From Bacteroidota bacterium (GTDB lineage Bacteria; Bacteroidota; Bacteroidia; Bacteroidales; DTGW01), in the NCBI GenBank assembly GCA_029550865.1, contig JAKPGM010000006.1:9373-73372 (forward strand): 64,000 bases of DNA, in the 5' to 3' direction. Both the position numbers and the translations under genes were made by a program. This document shows, one piece after another, positions 21,360 to 28,922 of the stretch (position 1 is the stretch's first letter; each line of letters starts with the position of its first letter). The notes under the pieces were generated by a model. It was not told the DNA's origin. It searched no databases and worked only from the letters and a program-made list of their open reading frames with translations.

Positions 21360-22052
21360 ATGGATTATATAGCCACCTACTCAGCTACGAAACATCTGGT
21401 TGCTGTCGATTGTATAGTATTTGGTTTTGATAATGAAGATTTAAAGATATTGTTAGTACGTCGTCCCATAGAACCTCAGAAGGGTGATTGGTCGTTGATG
21501 GGCGGTTTTGTCCAGGAGGGAGAAAGTCTCGACGACGCTTCAAAACGAGTTTTATACATCCTAACCGGTCTCACCGATGTATATCTTGAGCAATTATACA
21601 CCTTTGGCGATGTTCATCGCGATCCTGTAGACCGGGTTATTTCGGTAGCCTACTATGCCTTGATAAAAATCAACGATTACGACCGTGAGATTGTTCGCCG
21701 CAATGGAGCACAATGGTTTAAGGTATCGGACTATCCGCGATTGATTTTCGATCACGATCAGATGGTACAAACCGCTATCAACAAATTGAGAAGGAAATGC
21801 CGCACACAACCCATAGGATTTGAACTGTTACCAGAGAAATTTACTATCCCCCAACTACAAAGCCTTTATGAAGCAATATTGATGCAGCCTCTTGACAAAA
21901 GAAACTTTAGAAAAAAAATTCTTTCGATGAACCTGCTCGACAAACTTGATGAAAAGGATAAAGAAAATTCAAAAAAAGGCGCCTATCTTTATCGTTTCAA
22001 TCGGGAGAAATATGAAATACTTACCAGCAAAGGCTTCAGTTTTGAAATATAA
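21360..22052 (+). CDS. Nudix-fold transcriptional regulator (NrtR/AraR-like) with degenerate Nudix box
   Basis: 230-aa ORF. The Nudix box region GFVQEGESLDDASKRVLYILTGL keeps Gx5Ex7R, but the REUxEE glutamates are RVLYIL. The C-terminal ~80 aa (FTIPQLQSLYEAILMQPLDKRNFRKKI) looks like the winged-helix DNA-binding domain of NrtR-type regulators. Confidence 0.7.
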   Translation: MDYIATYSATKHLVAVDCIVFGFDNEDLKILLVRRPIEPQKGDWSLMGGFVQEGESLDDASKRVLYILTGLTDVYLEQLYTFGDVHRDPVDRVISVAYYALIKINDYDREIVRRNGAQWFKVSDYPRLIFDHDQMVQTAINKLRRKCRTQPIGFELLPEKFTIPQLQSLYEAILMQPLDKRNFRKKILSMNLLDKLDEKDKENSKKGAYLYRFNREKYEILTSKGFSFEI

Positions 22053-22093
22053 ATAAAATGTTTAACTAACTTACTTACTTAAGATTTAAGATT

Positions 22094-23824
22094 ATGGAGA
22101 TGACGTTTCAATTGGCTTGGATAGATTATCTGGTAATGATAATCTATTTTGCATTTGTGTTAGGTATCGGATGGGCACTGAAGAAATTCATGAAAGGGGC
22201 CAATGCCTTTCTTGAAGCCGGTCGGTCGATGCCTGCGTGGGTTGCTGGATTAGCTTTCATTTCAACGAATCTGGGGGCATTAGAAGTGATGGGAATGGCA
22301 GGCAGTGGTGCCAAGTATGGCATGCTCACCACCCATTTTTATTGGGTTGGGGCAATACCGGCCATGGTTTTTCTTGCTCTATTTATGATGCCTTTTTATT
22401 ACGGATCGAAAGCCCGGTCGGTACCTGAATATTTAAAACTTAGGTACGACGAAAAAACACGCGGGCTGAATGCTATACTCTTTGCCGTAATGACTATACT
22501 CTCGTCGGGTATATCGATGTATGCCCTGGCTATTTTGATGGAAAAAGTGCTGGGATGGAATTTCCATATCAGCCTTATGCTTTCTGCTGTCATAGTATTG
22601 GCATACACCTACTTAGGCGGACTTTCATCGGCTATATACAACGAGGTATTGCAGTTTTTCATCATTGTCATAGGCTTACTGCCAGTAGTATTTTTGAGCT
22701 TGCATCATGTAGGCGGTTGGGCGGGCTTAAAAGAAAGCCTGGGAAATGTAGCTACCGCCAATGGCTTTGCGCCCGATGCTTACACCAGCATGTGGAAATA
22801 CACGGGAACAGCCACAGGCAATCCTCTTGGGGTTGAGTGGTATGGCATTCTGGCCGGTTTAGGATTTGTATTATCGTTCGGTTACTGGTGCACCAACTTC
22901 TTGATAGTACAGCGTGCCATGGCTGCCGAATCGACAGTTGCTGCCCGTAATACGCCACTCATTGGTGCTATCCCTAAAATGTTTGTTCCCTTCCTGATTA
23001 TTTTACCCGGTATGGTAGCTTTAGCGCTGATGAACGATCCATCGGCCAACTTTTCACTACCCAAAAATGAAGCAGGACAGCCCATTTACGACTATACCAT
23101 TATTGCTCTGCTGAAACAATATCTTCCATCGGGGGTACTTGGATTGGGTATCACAGCCCTATTGGCCTCGTTTATGTCGGGGATGGCAGGTAATATCTCT
23201 GCATTCAACACCGTATGGACCTATGATATCTATCAAAGCTACATTCGTCCTACAACAGAAGATAAAGAAGCGGATGAAAAACACTATCTGAAAGTCGGAC
23301 GCATGGCCACCATCTTTGGAGTATTGGTAAGTATTGCCGCTGCCTATCTGGCTAGCTTGTTTGGCAACATTATGGACTTCCTGCAAACAATTTTCTCCAT
23401 GATCAATGCTCCGCTATTTGCCGTAATTTTCCTGGGCATGTTCTGGAAACGGGCTACTGGTCATGCTGCATTTACGGGACTTTTAGCTGGTTTCTTTATT
23501 GCTTTGCTGCACCATGGATTAACTGCACCCGAAGGAGCTAACACGCTGGTTAAAGGTGGTTGGATTACCATCTTGCATGTTTACCCAGTAGAAATGGCAC
23601 AAAACTTCTGGACTGCCATTTTCGCATTCAGCACCAGTGCTATTGTTACCGTTGTTCTTTCTTTGCTCACACCTAAAGTAAAATCGGATGAAGAGCTGGT
23701 AGGACTGGTTTACTCGCTTACTCCCAAACTGAAAGAAATGGATGTACCCTGGTACAAACGTTCTTCTTCGCTGGCCATACTGGTACTTGTGCTGGTTACT
23801 ATTCTTACAATCATGTTCTGGTAA
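22094..23824 (+). CDS. Sodium:solute symporter family (SSF/SGLT-like) transporter
   Basis: 576-aa polytopic ORF with about 13-14 hydrophobic helices. The N-terminal pattern FLEAGRSMPAWVAGLAFISTNLGALEVMGMAG is typical of the SSF family. Confidence 0.85.
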   Translation: MEMTFQLAWIDYLVMIIYFAFVLGIGWALKKFMKGANAFLEAGRSMPAWVAGLAFISTNLGALEVMGMAGSGAKYGMLTTHFYWVGAIPAMVFLALFMMPFYYGSKARSVPEYLKLRYDEKTRGLNAILFAVMTILSSGISMYALAILMEKVLGWNFHISLMLSAVIVLAYTYLGGLSSAIYNEVLQFFIIVIGLLPVVFLSLHHVGGWAGLKESLGNVATANGFAPDAYTSMWKYTGTATGNPLGVEWYGILAGLGFVLSFGYWCTNFLIVQRAMAAESTVAARNTPLIGAIPKMFVPFLIILPGMVALALMNDPSANFSLPKNEAGQPIYDYTIIALLKQYLPSGVLGLGITALLASFMSGMAGNISAFNTVWTYDIYQSYIRPTTEDKEADEKHYLKVGRMATIFGVLVSIAAAYLASLFGNIMDFLQTIFSMINAPLFAVIFLGMFWKRATGHAAFTGLLAGFFIALLHHGLTAPEGANTLVKGGWITILHVYPVEMAQNFWTAIFAFSTSAIVTVVLSLLTPKVKSDEELVGLVYSLTPKLKEMDVPWYKRSSSLAILVLVLVTILTIMFW

Positions 23825-23842
23825 ATTAAAATATAAATTGCT

Positions 23843-24046
23843 ATGGGACTCGATATTAAATATCCAATTGGTTTAATGTTTACCCTAATGGGTATTGTAC
23901 TGACTATTTATGGGCTGGCTACCCTGTCGGATCCGACCATGTACCAAAAATCTTTTCAAATCAACATTAATCTCTGGTCGGGTATTGGGATGCTAATTTT
24001 TGGTGTGGTAATGCTGGCTCTTGTTAAAAAGAAAAAAACTGAATAA
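23843..24046 (+). CDS. Small two-helix membrane protein (possible symporter accessory subunit)
   Basis: 67-aa ORF starting 18 nt after the symporter stop, with two hydrophobic helices (IGLMFTLMGIVLTIYGL; SGIGMLIFGVVMLALV). A strong terminator follows. Confidence 0.55.
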   Translation: MGLDIKYPIGLMFTLMGIVLTIYGLATLSDPTMYQKSFQININLWSGIGMLIFGVVMLALVKKKKTE

Positions 24047-24069
24047 CGGCTTACCGTAAATACGATAGG

Positions 24070-24109
24070 ACAAAGGCCACGAAGTTAACTTCTGGCCTTT
24101 GTTTTTTTT
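24070..24109 (+). terminator. Rho-independent terminator of the regulator-symporter module
   Basis: Perfect 10-bp stem ACAAAGGCCA / TGGCCTTTGT (24070-24079 / 24093-24102) followed by a T8 run. Confidence 0.85.
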
Positions 24110-24277
24110 ACTATCCCAGTAGCACGTCTGAATCAACACTTCTGCAATCGCCAGATTCTCTTCTATTCCACGCAGGTACTATTTTTTCAAATGAACACCT
24201 TATATCAAAGATTTTTGTATTTTTAAAAATTGAAATGGGTTAGCTATAGCTTATGCATAAGCATGCATAAAAATCTA

Positions 24278-24385
24278 TGGATTATTTTCGGATAAAACGA
24301 GCAGGTATGGTAGTATTCATAATAAGGATGAAATATCATTCTCGCAATTACCTATATGTAAGTAACTCAAAACCTGCGTGTTCCA
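24278..24385. repeat. Direct repeat copy B (~108 nt), paired with copy A at 21144..21247
   Basis: See copy A. It has the same orientation and lies in the next intergenic region, downstream of the terminator and upstream of the 24477 promoter box. Confidence 0.7.
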
Positions 24386-24476
24386 CTAGTTTTTTAGAAA
24401 AATTTCTAAAATTTAAGAAATAAGCGATACAGAAACGTTCCCGGCACTTGAAAAGCATGAAAAAAATATTGCAAAG

Positions 24477-24484
24477 TATATTTG
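24477..24484 (+). promoter_or_regulatory. Candidate -7 box (TATATTTG) for the five-gene envelope operon
   Basis: TAtaTTTG lies 36 nt upstream of the first ATG (24521) of the downstream ORF. Confidence 0.45.
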
Positions 24485-24520
24485 AGTCTTAACCATGACG
24501 CAAAAAAACAAACTTTTAAT

Positions 24521-25408
24521 ATGCCTACACCAGTAATAACCCCAATAGCAATACTTTATAAATCCTTCCTCCTTATTTTTATAGCACTTTTTTTTCAATT
24601 TCAGGGAAAAAGCCAGAATCCTGACAATACTGTTCACACTCTTGAACAGAGTTACTTTAGTCATCTTTACAATTTTCAGTTTACTCGAGCATACAATGCG
24701 CTGAATTCTAACCTTCCCTCAGGCAACTATTATCTCTGGCGAATGTATTACCAATGGTGGATGCTACTCTCCACTAACGACAAGACATATTTATCCCAGT
24801 GTTTTGCCAACATAGTTCTCTACGAAACCAATCGCACGATGCCTGATTCTTTGAAAATCTATTTTGAAGCATTCAGACTCAGGTTAATGCTATTCAATCA
24901 TCAATACATCAAAGCCTATCAACAAGCTGTTAATCTGGCCGATAACTACAAGTCATATTTCCATCAGTTTTCGAACAGAGATGAACAACATCTAATGCAG
25001 GGCCTGATGAACTACTTAGGCGCCAAGGCACATCGAAAATATCCTTTACTATTTCGCAGTAAATCGTTTCAGTGCTTTTCCGATACGCTGGGGCTAACGT
25101 TGTTAAAACAATGTACTACCAGCCCCTCAATTTTTGTTCGAACAGAAGGGCTTTACTTTCTTGTTAAGATTTATCTCGAAATAGAAGAAGATTATAAACA
25201 AGCGTATGTATATTCAACACAATTAATATCTTTGTTCCCAGGTAACATAATATTCGGGTTACTTCATCAAAAAATTCTCACTTGCTTGCATAAGGAGAAT
25301 GAAGCAAAAATTTATCAAACCAGGCTTTTAGATGAGATTTCGAATAACAAAGAACTAACAGAAAGTCAGAAGAAATATTTAAAGCAAATGATTAACCCAA
25401 AAATTTGA
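24521..25408 (+). CDS. Hypothetical signal-anchored all-helical (TPR-like) protein, operon gene 1
   Basis: The track ORF starts at a TTG (24482). The first ATG at 24521 gives MPTPVITPIAILYKSFLLIFIALFFQFQGKSQ, a hydrophobic signal or anchor. The rest is Y/L/Q-rich and looks helical. I recognise no family. Confidence 0.7.
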   Translation: MPTPVITPIAILYKSFLLIFIALFFQFQGKSQNPDNTVHTLEQSYFSHLYNFQFTRAYNALNSNLPSGNYYLWRMYYQWWMLLSTNDKTYLSQCFANIVLYETNRTMPDSLKIYFEAFRLRLMLFNHQYIKAYQQAVNLADNYKSYFHQFSNRDEQHLMQGLMNYLGAKAHRKYPLLFRSKSFQCFSDTLGLTLLKQCTTSPSIFVRTEGLYFLVKIYLEIEEDYKQAYVYSTQLISLFPGNIIFGLLHQKILTCLHKENEAKIYQTRLLDEISNNKELTESQKKYLKQMINPKI

Positions 25409-25410
25409 TT

Positions 25411-26094
25411 ATGTGGTTATTAATGATGTGGATTTATTGGCTGGCACAACCTGCCAATAATATTTCATTTCAGTTGGAGTCGAAAACTCTATCGAATCAA
25501 AAGGTAGTAGTGATAAAAGCAGATATATTCTTCAAATACGATGAAGGGCGAATGATTACTCATTACACTTATCCTACTGAACTAATTTCTATTACAAACA
25601 ATAAAGGGGAAGCCTCGTTTTATGATCCCAAGTCGAATACAGTGGTATTTAAGAGAGGAATCTTTTTTGCAACCAGTAATGATAATATTTATCTTTTCTT
25701 AAGAGAGAGGTATAGTGATTTAGGACTTAAGGAAATGGGATATAAACTGGTCAGCCAGAAAAAGGACAAAGATTACATTGTTACCGAATGGCTGCCAGAG
25801 CGTGCCAATATAAAAGACAATGCTGAAAAAATTGTATTAGCACACCAGAACGATCTACCCGTATACATGGCCTTATATTCAAAAGGACGATGTGAGAAAA
25901 AAATCTATTATTCTGGCTATTCAATGTATGGCAGTTATTTCCTACCTGCTCGAATTGTCGAAATCACCTATGTAAAATCTGATTCGATTGTCCTAAAAAA
26001 AGAATATTCAAATTACAGGATTGGTATGAGTGCTCAAAGTCCCTATTTTGAGTTTACCATCCCGTCGAACGCCAAAATCATTACCCAACAATGA
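25411..26094 (+). CDS. Hypothetical exported protein, LolA-like by sequence pattern, operon gene 2
   Basis: The track ORF starts at TTG 25405, overlapping the gene-1 stop; an ATG follows at 25411. It has an N-terminal hydrophobic signal. The pattern FQLESKT...VVVIKADIFFKYDEGRMI...ASFYDPKSNTVV...FEFTIPSNAKII resembles LolA/LolB-fold lipoprotein-carrier proteins. This is inference only. Confidence 0.7.
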   Translation: MWLLMMWIYWLAQPANNISFQLESKTLSNQKVVVIKADIFFKYDEGRMITHYTYPTELISITNNKGEASFYDPKSNTVVFKRGIFFATSNDNIYLFLRERYSDLGLKEMGYKLVSQKKDKDYIVTEWLPERANIKDNAEKIVLAHQNDLPVYMALYSKGRCEKKIYYSGYSMYGSYFLPARIVEITYVKSDSIVLKKEYSNYRIGMSAQSPYFEFTIPSNAKIITQQ

Positions 26095-26516
26095 GAGTAT
26101 TATTGTTATTACTCGTAATATGCATGCAGGTGCAAGGACAACCTGTTTCCGATGCTCAACTCATTCTGAACAAACCAACCGAAGGTATTCGTGATGTTAC
26201 AAGAAAACCAGTATTTGGTTTTTCCAGGAGTACACACTGGTACCATCAATATAATCCTTTAAATCTCGGGGCAGCAAGTTTAATGTATCTGTACCAAAAA
26301 TTTGTTTCCCCACAAATATCGGCAACCTGTGGATTTTCGCCATCTTGCTCTGCCATGAGCAAAAATCTTATTGCCGAATTTGGCCTTGTAAAAGGTGTAT
26401 TTTGCTCAGCCGACCGTTTAACCCGTTGCAATAGAATTAGTTTTGCCGATCTTGAGCCTGATGAAATAAATCCGTCGGATGGGAAAGTTCACGAAGAAAC
26501 TTCGCGATACAAATGA
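26091..26516 (+). CDS. YidD-family (membrane protein insertion efficiency factor / hemolytic domain) paralog with signal peptide and N-terminal extension, operon gene 3
   Basis: 141-aa ORF with signal MRVLLLLLVICMQVQGQ. The core YQKFVSPQISATCGFSPSCSAMSKNLIAEFGLVKGVFCSADRLTRCN matches the YidD pattern YQ.hhSP....C+F.PoCS.Y...Ah..aG..+G......RIhRC. ATGA overlaps on both sides. Confidence 0.8.
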   Translation: MRVLLLLLVICMQVQGQPVSDAQLILNKPTEGIRDVTRKPVFGFSRSTHWYHQYNPLNLGAASLMYLYQKFVSPQISATCGFSPSCSAMSKNLIAEFGLVKGVFCSADRLTRCNRISFADLEPDEINPSDGKVHEETSRYK

Positions 26517-27376
26517 AGAGCAGTCGTTTACTAATATTGTTTTGCATCCTTGCCATACACATATCGGCCATTGCCCAGTTCGATTGTTCAATGGATTTAC
26601 GTTTGCTAAAGCATCTAATCGATTCAAAAAAAGTAAATGAAAGTCTGATCCTCTCCTCATTCATGCTGAAAGAGCAAAATTGTACTAGGCAAATCGATTC
26701 AGTAGTGTTTTTTCGTGGATATGCATATTATCAGCTTCAACAACTCGACAGCGCAACCAGCTACCTTTTAAAAGTACAAATGCCTGACAGCCTGTACAAC
26801 AAAGCACGTTTTTTTGCTTTAATTTCCTCTTTATACAACAACAGGGTTTCTTTATCCGATAGCATAGCCCAAACCATAAAAAACACTTCGCAGGCCATCA
26901 AAGATTTAAACAATCTCTGCCGGGCTGGAATTTCTCTCTATCAAGGTGATATTAAAAATTATCAAAAATTCGTAAAAGATTTAAACCCAAACAATTACCT
27001 TATTGGCAATGAAATTAATGGATTGGAAACCACAAGCAAAATGTTATTCCAGAAGCGCAAATCGCCAACAAAAGCTGCAATACTATCAACTTTTCTTCCC
27101 GGAAGTGGAAAATGGTATCTGGGCAAAAAAGGTCAGGCCATTACTTCGTTTCTTACTGTAGGAATATTAGCAAGCATAGCAACGGAAATCATTGTGAAAA
27201 AAGGATGGAACAACTTTTACTCTGTTTCAGCGCTTACCACCACTGCCATATTTTATGGTGGAAACATTTATGGAAGTTATTACCTGGGAAAATATCTCAA
27301 CAATCGAATAGATGACAAGAGTAAGCAGGACATTCAGTACTATCTGCATGTGGCTGTGCGTAATGTTTATCAATAA
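26513..27376 (+). CDS. Hypothetical helical-repeat protein with C-terminal PGSG-motif membrane domain, operon gene 4
   Basis: 287-aa ORF with a signal-like N-terminus (LLILFCILAIHISAIAQ) and a helical repeat region. C-terminus: LSTFLPGSGKWYLGKKGQAITSFLTVGILASIATEII plus a second hydrophobic helix. It is paralogous in architecture to gene 5. Confidence 0.75.
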   Translation: MKSSRLLILFCILAIHISAIAQFDCSMDLRLLKHLIDSKKVNESLILSSFMLKEQNCTRQIDSVVFFRGYAYYQLQQLDSATSYLLKVQMPDSLYNKARFFALISSLYNNRVSLSDSIAQTIKNTSQAIKDLNNLCRAGISLYQGDIKNYQKFVKDLNPNNYLIGNEINGLETTSKMLFQKRKSPTKAAILSTFLPGSGKWYLGKKGQAITSFLTVGILASIATEIIVKKGWNNFYSVSALTTTAIFYGGNIYGSYYLGKYLNNRIDDKSKQDIQYYLHVAVRNVYQ

Positions 27377-28166
27377 TCCAATAACCGCACAGGACTACGA
27401 ATGGCTGGTTGAGAAAGCTAAAGAATTATACAATCAGGGGCTTTTTGATGAGGCCACTATTACATGTGAGCGCTATTTGTATTTTTCGGACAACCCCCAA
27501 CTTAAACATTCTGCTTTATTTATAGAAGCCAAGGCATTTCAGCAAAAAGGAAACTACAGCTATTCTTCCAATATACTCCTATCCATCCCGCGAATCAATC
27601 TTGAAAAGCACACTAAATCGCTTATCGACTTCAATCTGGCATTGAATAGCTACATGGATGGATTTTACGATGAAGCACAGGTATATCTCGATAATTGCGA
27701 CACAACTGTAATGGATGATACTGAAAGGAGAAATTACGAGCTGTTAAAATTATTAAACCTTTGCTACACAGAGAGATGGCAAGAAGCTTCAGCCTTGGTA
27801 AAAAACTCGTCTTTTTTTTCGGATACATTAAAAAATGAGCTCATTACACTATTGAACAAACCGCCCAAATTGTTGAATGCCAAAAAGTTAGAATGGCTTA
27901 GCCGCTTCATCCCCGGTAGTGGACAAATAATGGCTGGGTATTGGGTAGAAGGCGTGTCAAGTTTTCTTCTCTGTTCAGGCTCATTAACCCTTGGTATATT
28001 TCTTTTTATTAACAGATACTACATTTCGGGGTATTCGCTTGGTGGAGGGCTATTGTATGCTTTTTATTACGGAGGATTAAGACGACTCAATGAAATTACG
28101 CAAGCTGAAAATCAAAACCGAAAAAATTTGTTTATCGTAGCTATCAAAGAGAAATTAAAAAACTAA
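27312..28166 (+). CDS. Hypothetical helical-repeat protein with C-terminal PGSG-motif membrane domain, operon gene 5
   Basis: 284-aa ORF overlapping gene 4 by 65 nt if it starts at 27312 (alternative Met codons at 27348 and 27363). TPR-like text (LFDEATITCERYLYF..., KAFQQKGNYSYS). C-terminus: LSRFIPGSGQIMAGYWVEGVSSFLLCSGSLTLGIFLFI. Confidence 0.75.
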   Translation: MTRVSRTFSTICMWLCVMFINNPITAQDYEWLVEKAKELYNQGLFDEATITCERYLYFSDNPQLKHSALFIEAKAFQQKGNYSYSSNILLSIPRINLEKHTKSLIDFNLALNSYMDGFYDEAQVYLDNCDTTVMDDTERRNYELLKLLNLCYTERWQEASALVKNSSFFSDTLKNELITLLNKPPKLLNAKKLEWLSRFIPGSGQIMAGYWVEGVSSFLLCSGSLTLGIFLFINRYYISGYSLGGGLLYAFYYGGLRRLNEITQAENQNRKNLFIVAIKEKLKN

Positions 28167-28220
28167 TCAACCGATTCTAAAAAAATAGAGTTTCCTCATA
28201 GGATTTCTTCGAAAGAAATG

Positions 28221-28246
28221 AAAAAGGGGGGAAATCCCCCCTTTTT
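28221..28246. terminator. Bidirectional intrinsic terminator
   Basis: AAAAAGGGGGG-AAAT-CCCCCCTTTTT is a perfect GC-rich hairpin flanked by an A-run and a T-run. It sits between the convergent operon end (28166) and the TM2 gene end (28249). Confidence 0.85.
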
Positions 28247-28248
28247 GT

Positions 28249-28659
28249 TTACATCCACATCAAGAATTTTTCATTGTTACAATACTTACTGATATCATTA
28301 CTTTCAACGAGCAACACAACAAAATCTACGAAGGGTACTATACCAAATATCCCCCCAAAGGTACAGAAGTAATAAAAGAACATGACACCTTTTGTGCCGA
28401 GATAATAACGATGTATAGCAATACCCCCAAGGAAGAAAGCAAGTACCGCAGCAACAATGGCATTTTTATCCGAAGCAACAAAGAAGGTATTAGCACCTGC
28501 CAGATTTAAAGCAGCTGGATTCTCGAGGAGATTTACCAGCTGAATCTCTGTTGCATTAGCAAAAGCCTGATTTAGCTGCGATTCGTTTAATGTGTAATTT
28601 GCATGTGCTCCAATGGCCATAGCAAATAACACTACACAAGTTAATAAGAGCTTTTTCAT
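28249..28659 (-). CDS. TM2 domain-containing membrane protein
   Basis: The track ORF extends to 28722. The likely start is MKKLLLTCVVLFAMAIGAHA (signal) at 28659. The C-terminal AAVLAFFLGGIAIHRYYLGTKGVMFFYYFCTFGGIFGIVPFVDFVVLL is the TM2 two-helix pattern. Confidence 0.75.
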   Translation of the reverse strand: MKKLLLTCVVLFAMAIGAHANYTLNESQLNQAFANATEIQLVNLLENPAALNLAGANTFFVASDKNAIVAAVLAFFLGGIAIHRYYLGTKGVMFFYYFCTFGGIFGIVPFVDFVVLLVESNDISKYCNNEKFLMWM

Positions 28660-28776
28660 ACGGTTAATGTTTTTAATTAAACATGATTCAAATATAACTT
28701 TTTCAAGAGAAAATACCAACAATCATGAAAAATTTATTACACTCTTCCAACTATACATCATAATGTAAAAAAACAC

Positions 28777-28790
28777 TGCAAACGTTTGCA
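28777..28790. promoter_or_regulatory. Perfect 14-bp palindrome TGCAAACGTTTGCA (LacI-family-type operator candidate)
   Basis: Read directly from the sequence. It matches the generic LacI/GalR operator shape TGnAAnCGnTTnCA. It is 133 nt upstream of the susC-like ATG and 118 nt upstream of the divergent TM2 gene start. Confidence 0.5.
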
Positions 28791-28922
28791 ATCAAAGGTT
28801 TGCTCTGATTTTTTTAATAAAAATCAAATTTATCTCTTCAAAAAAAATATTTTTTTTATTGTTGAGCATGAATGGCGGGAATAACTTTATCCTACAATCA
28901 CAAACAATTAAAACATGTTTAT

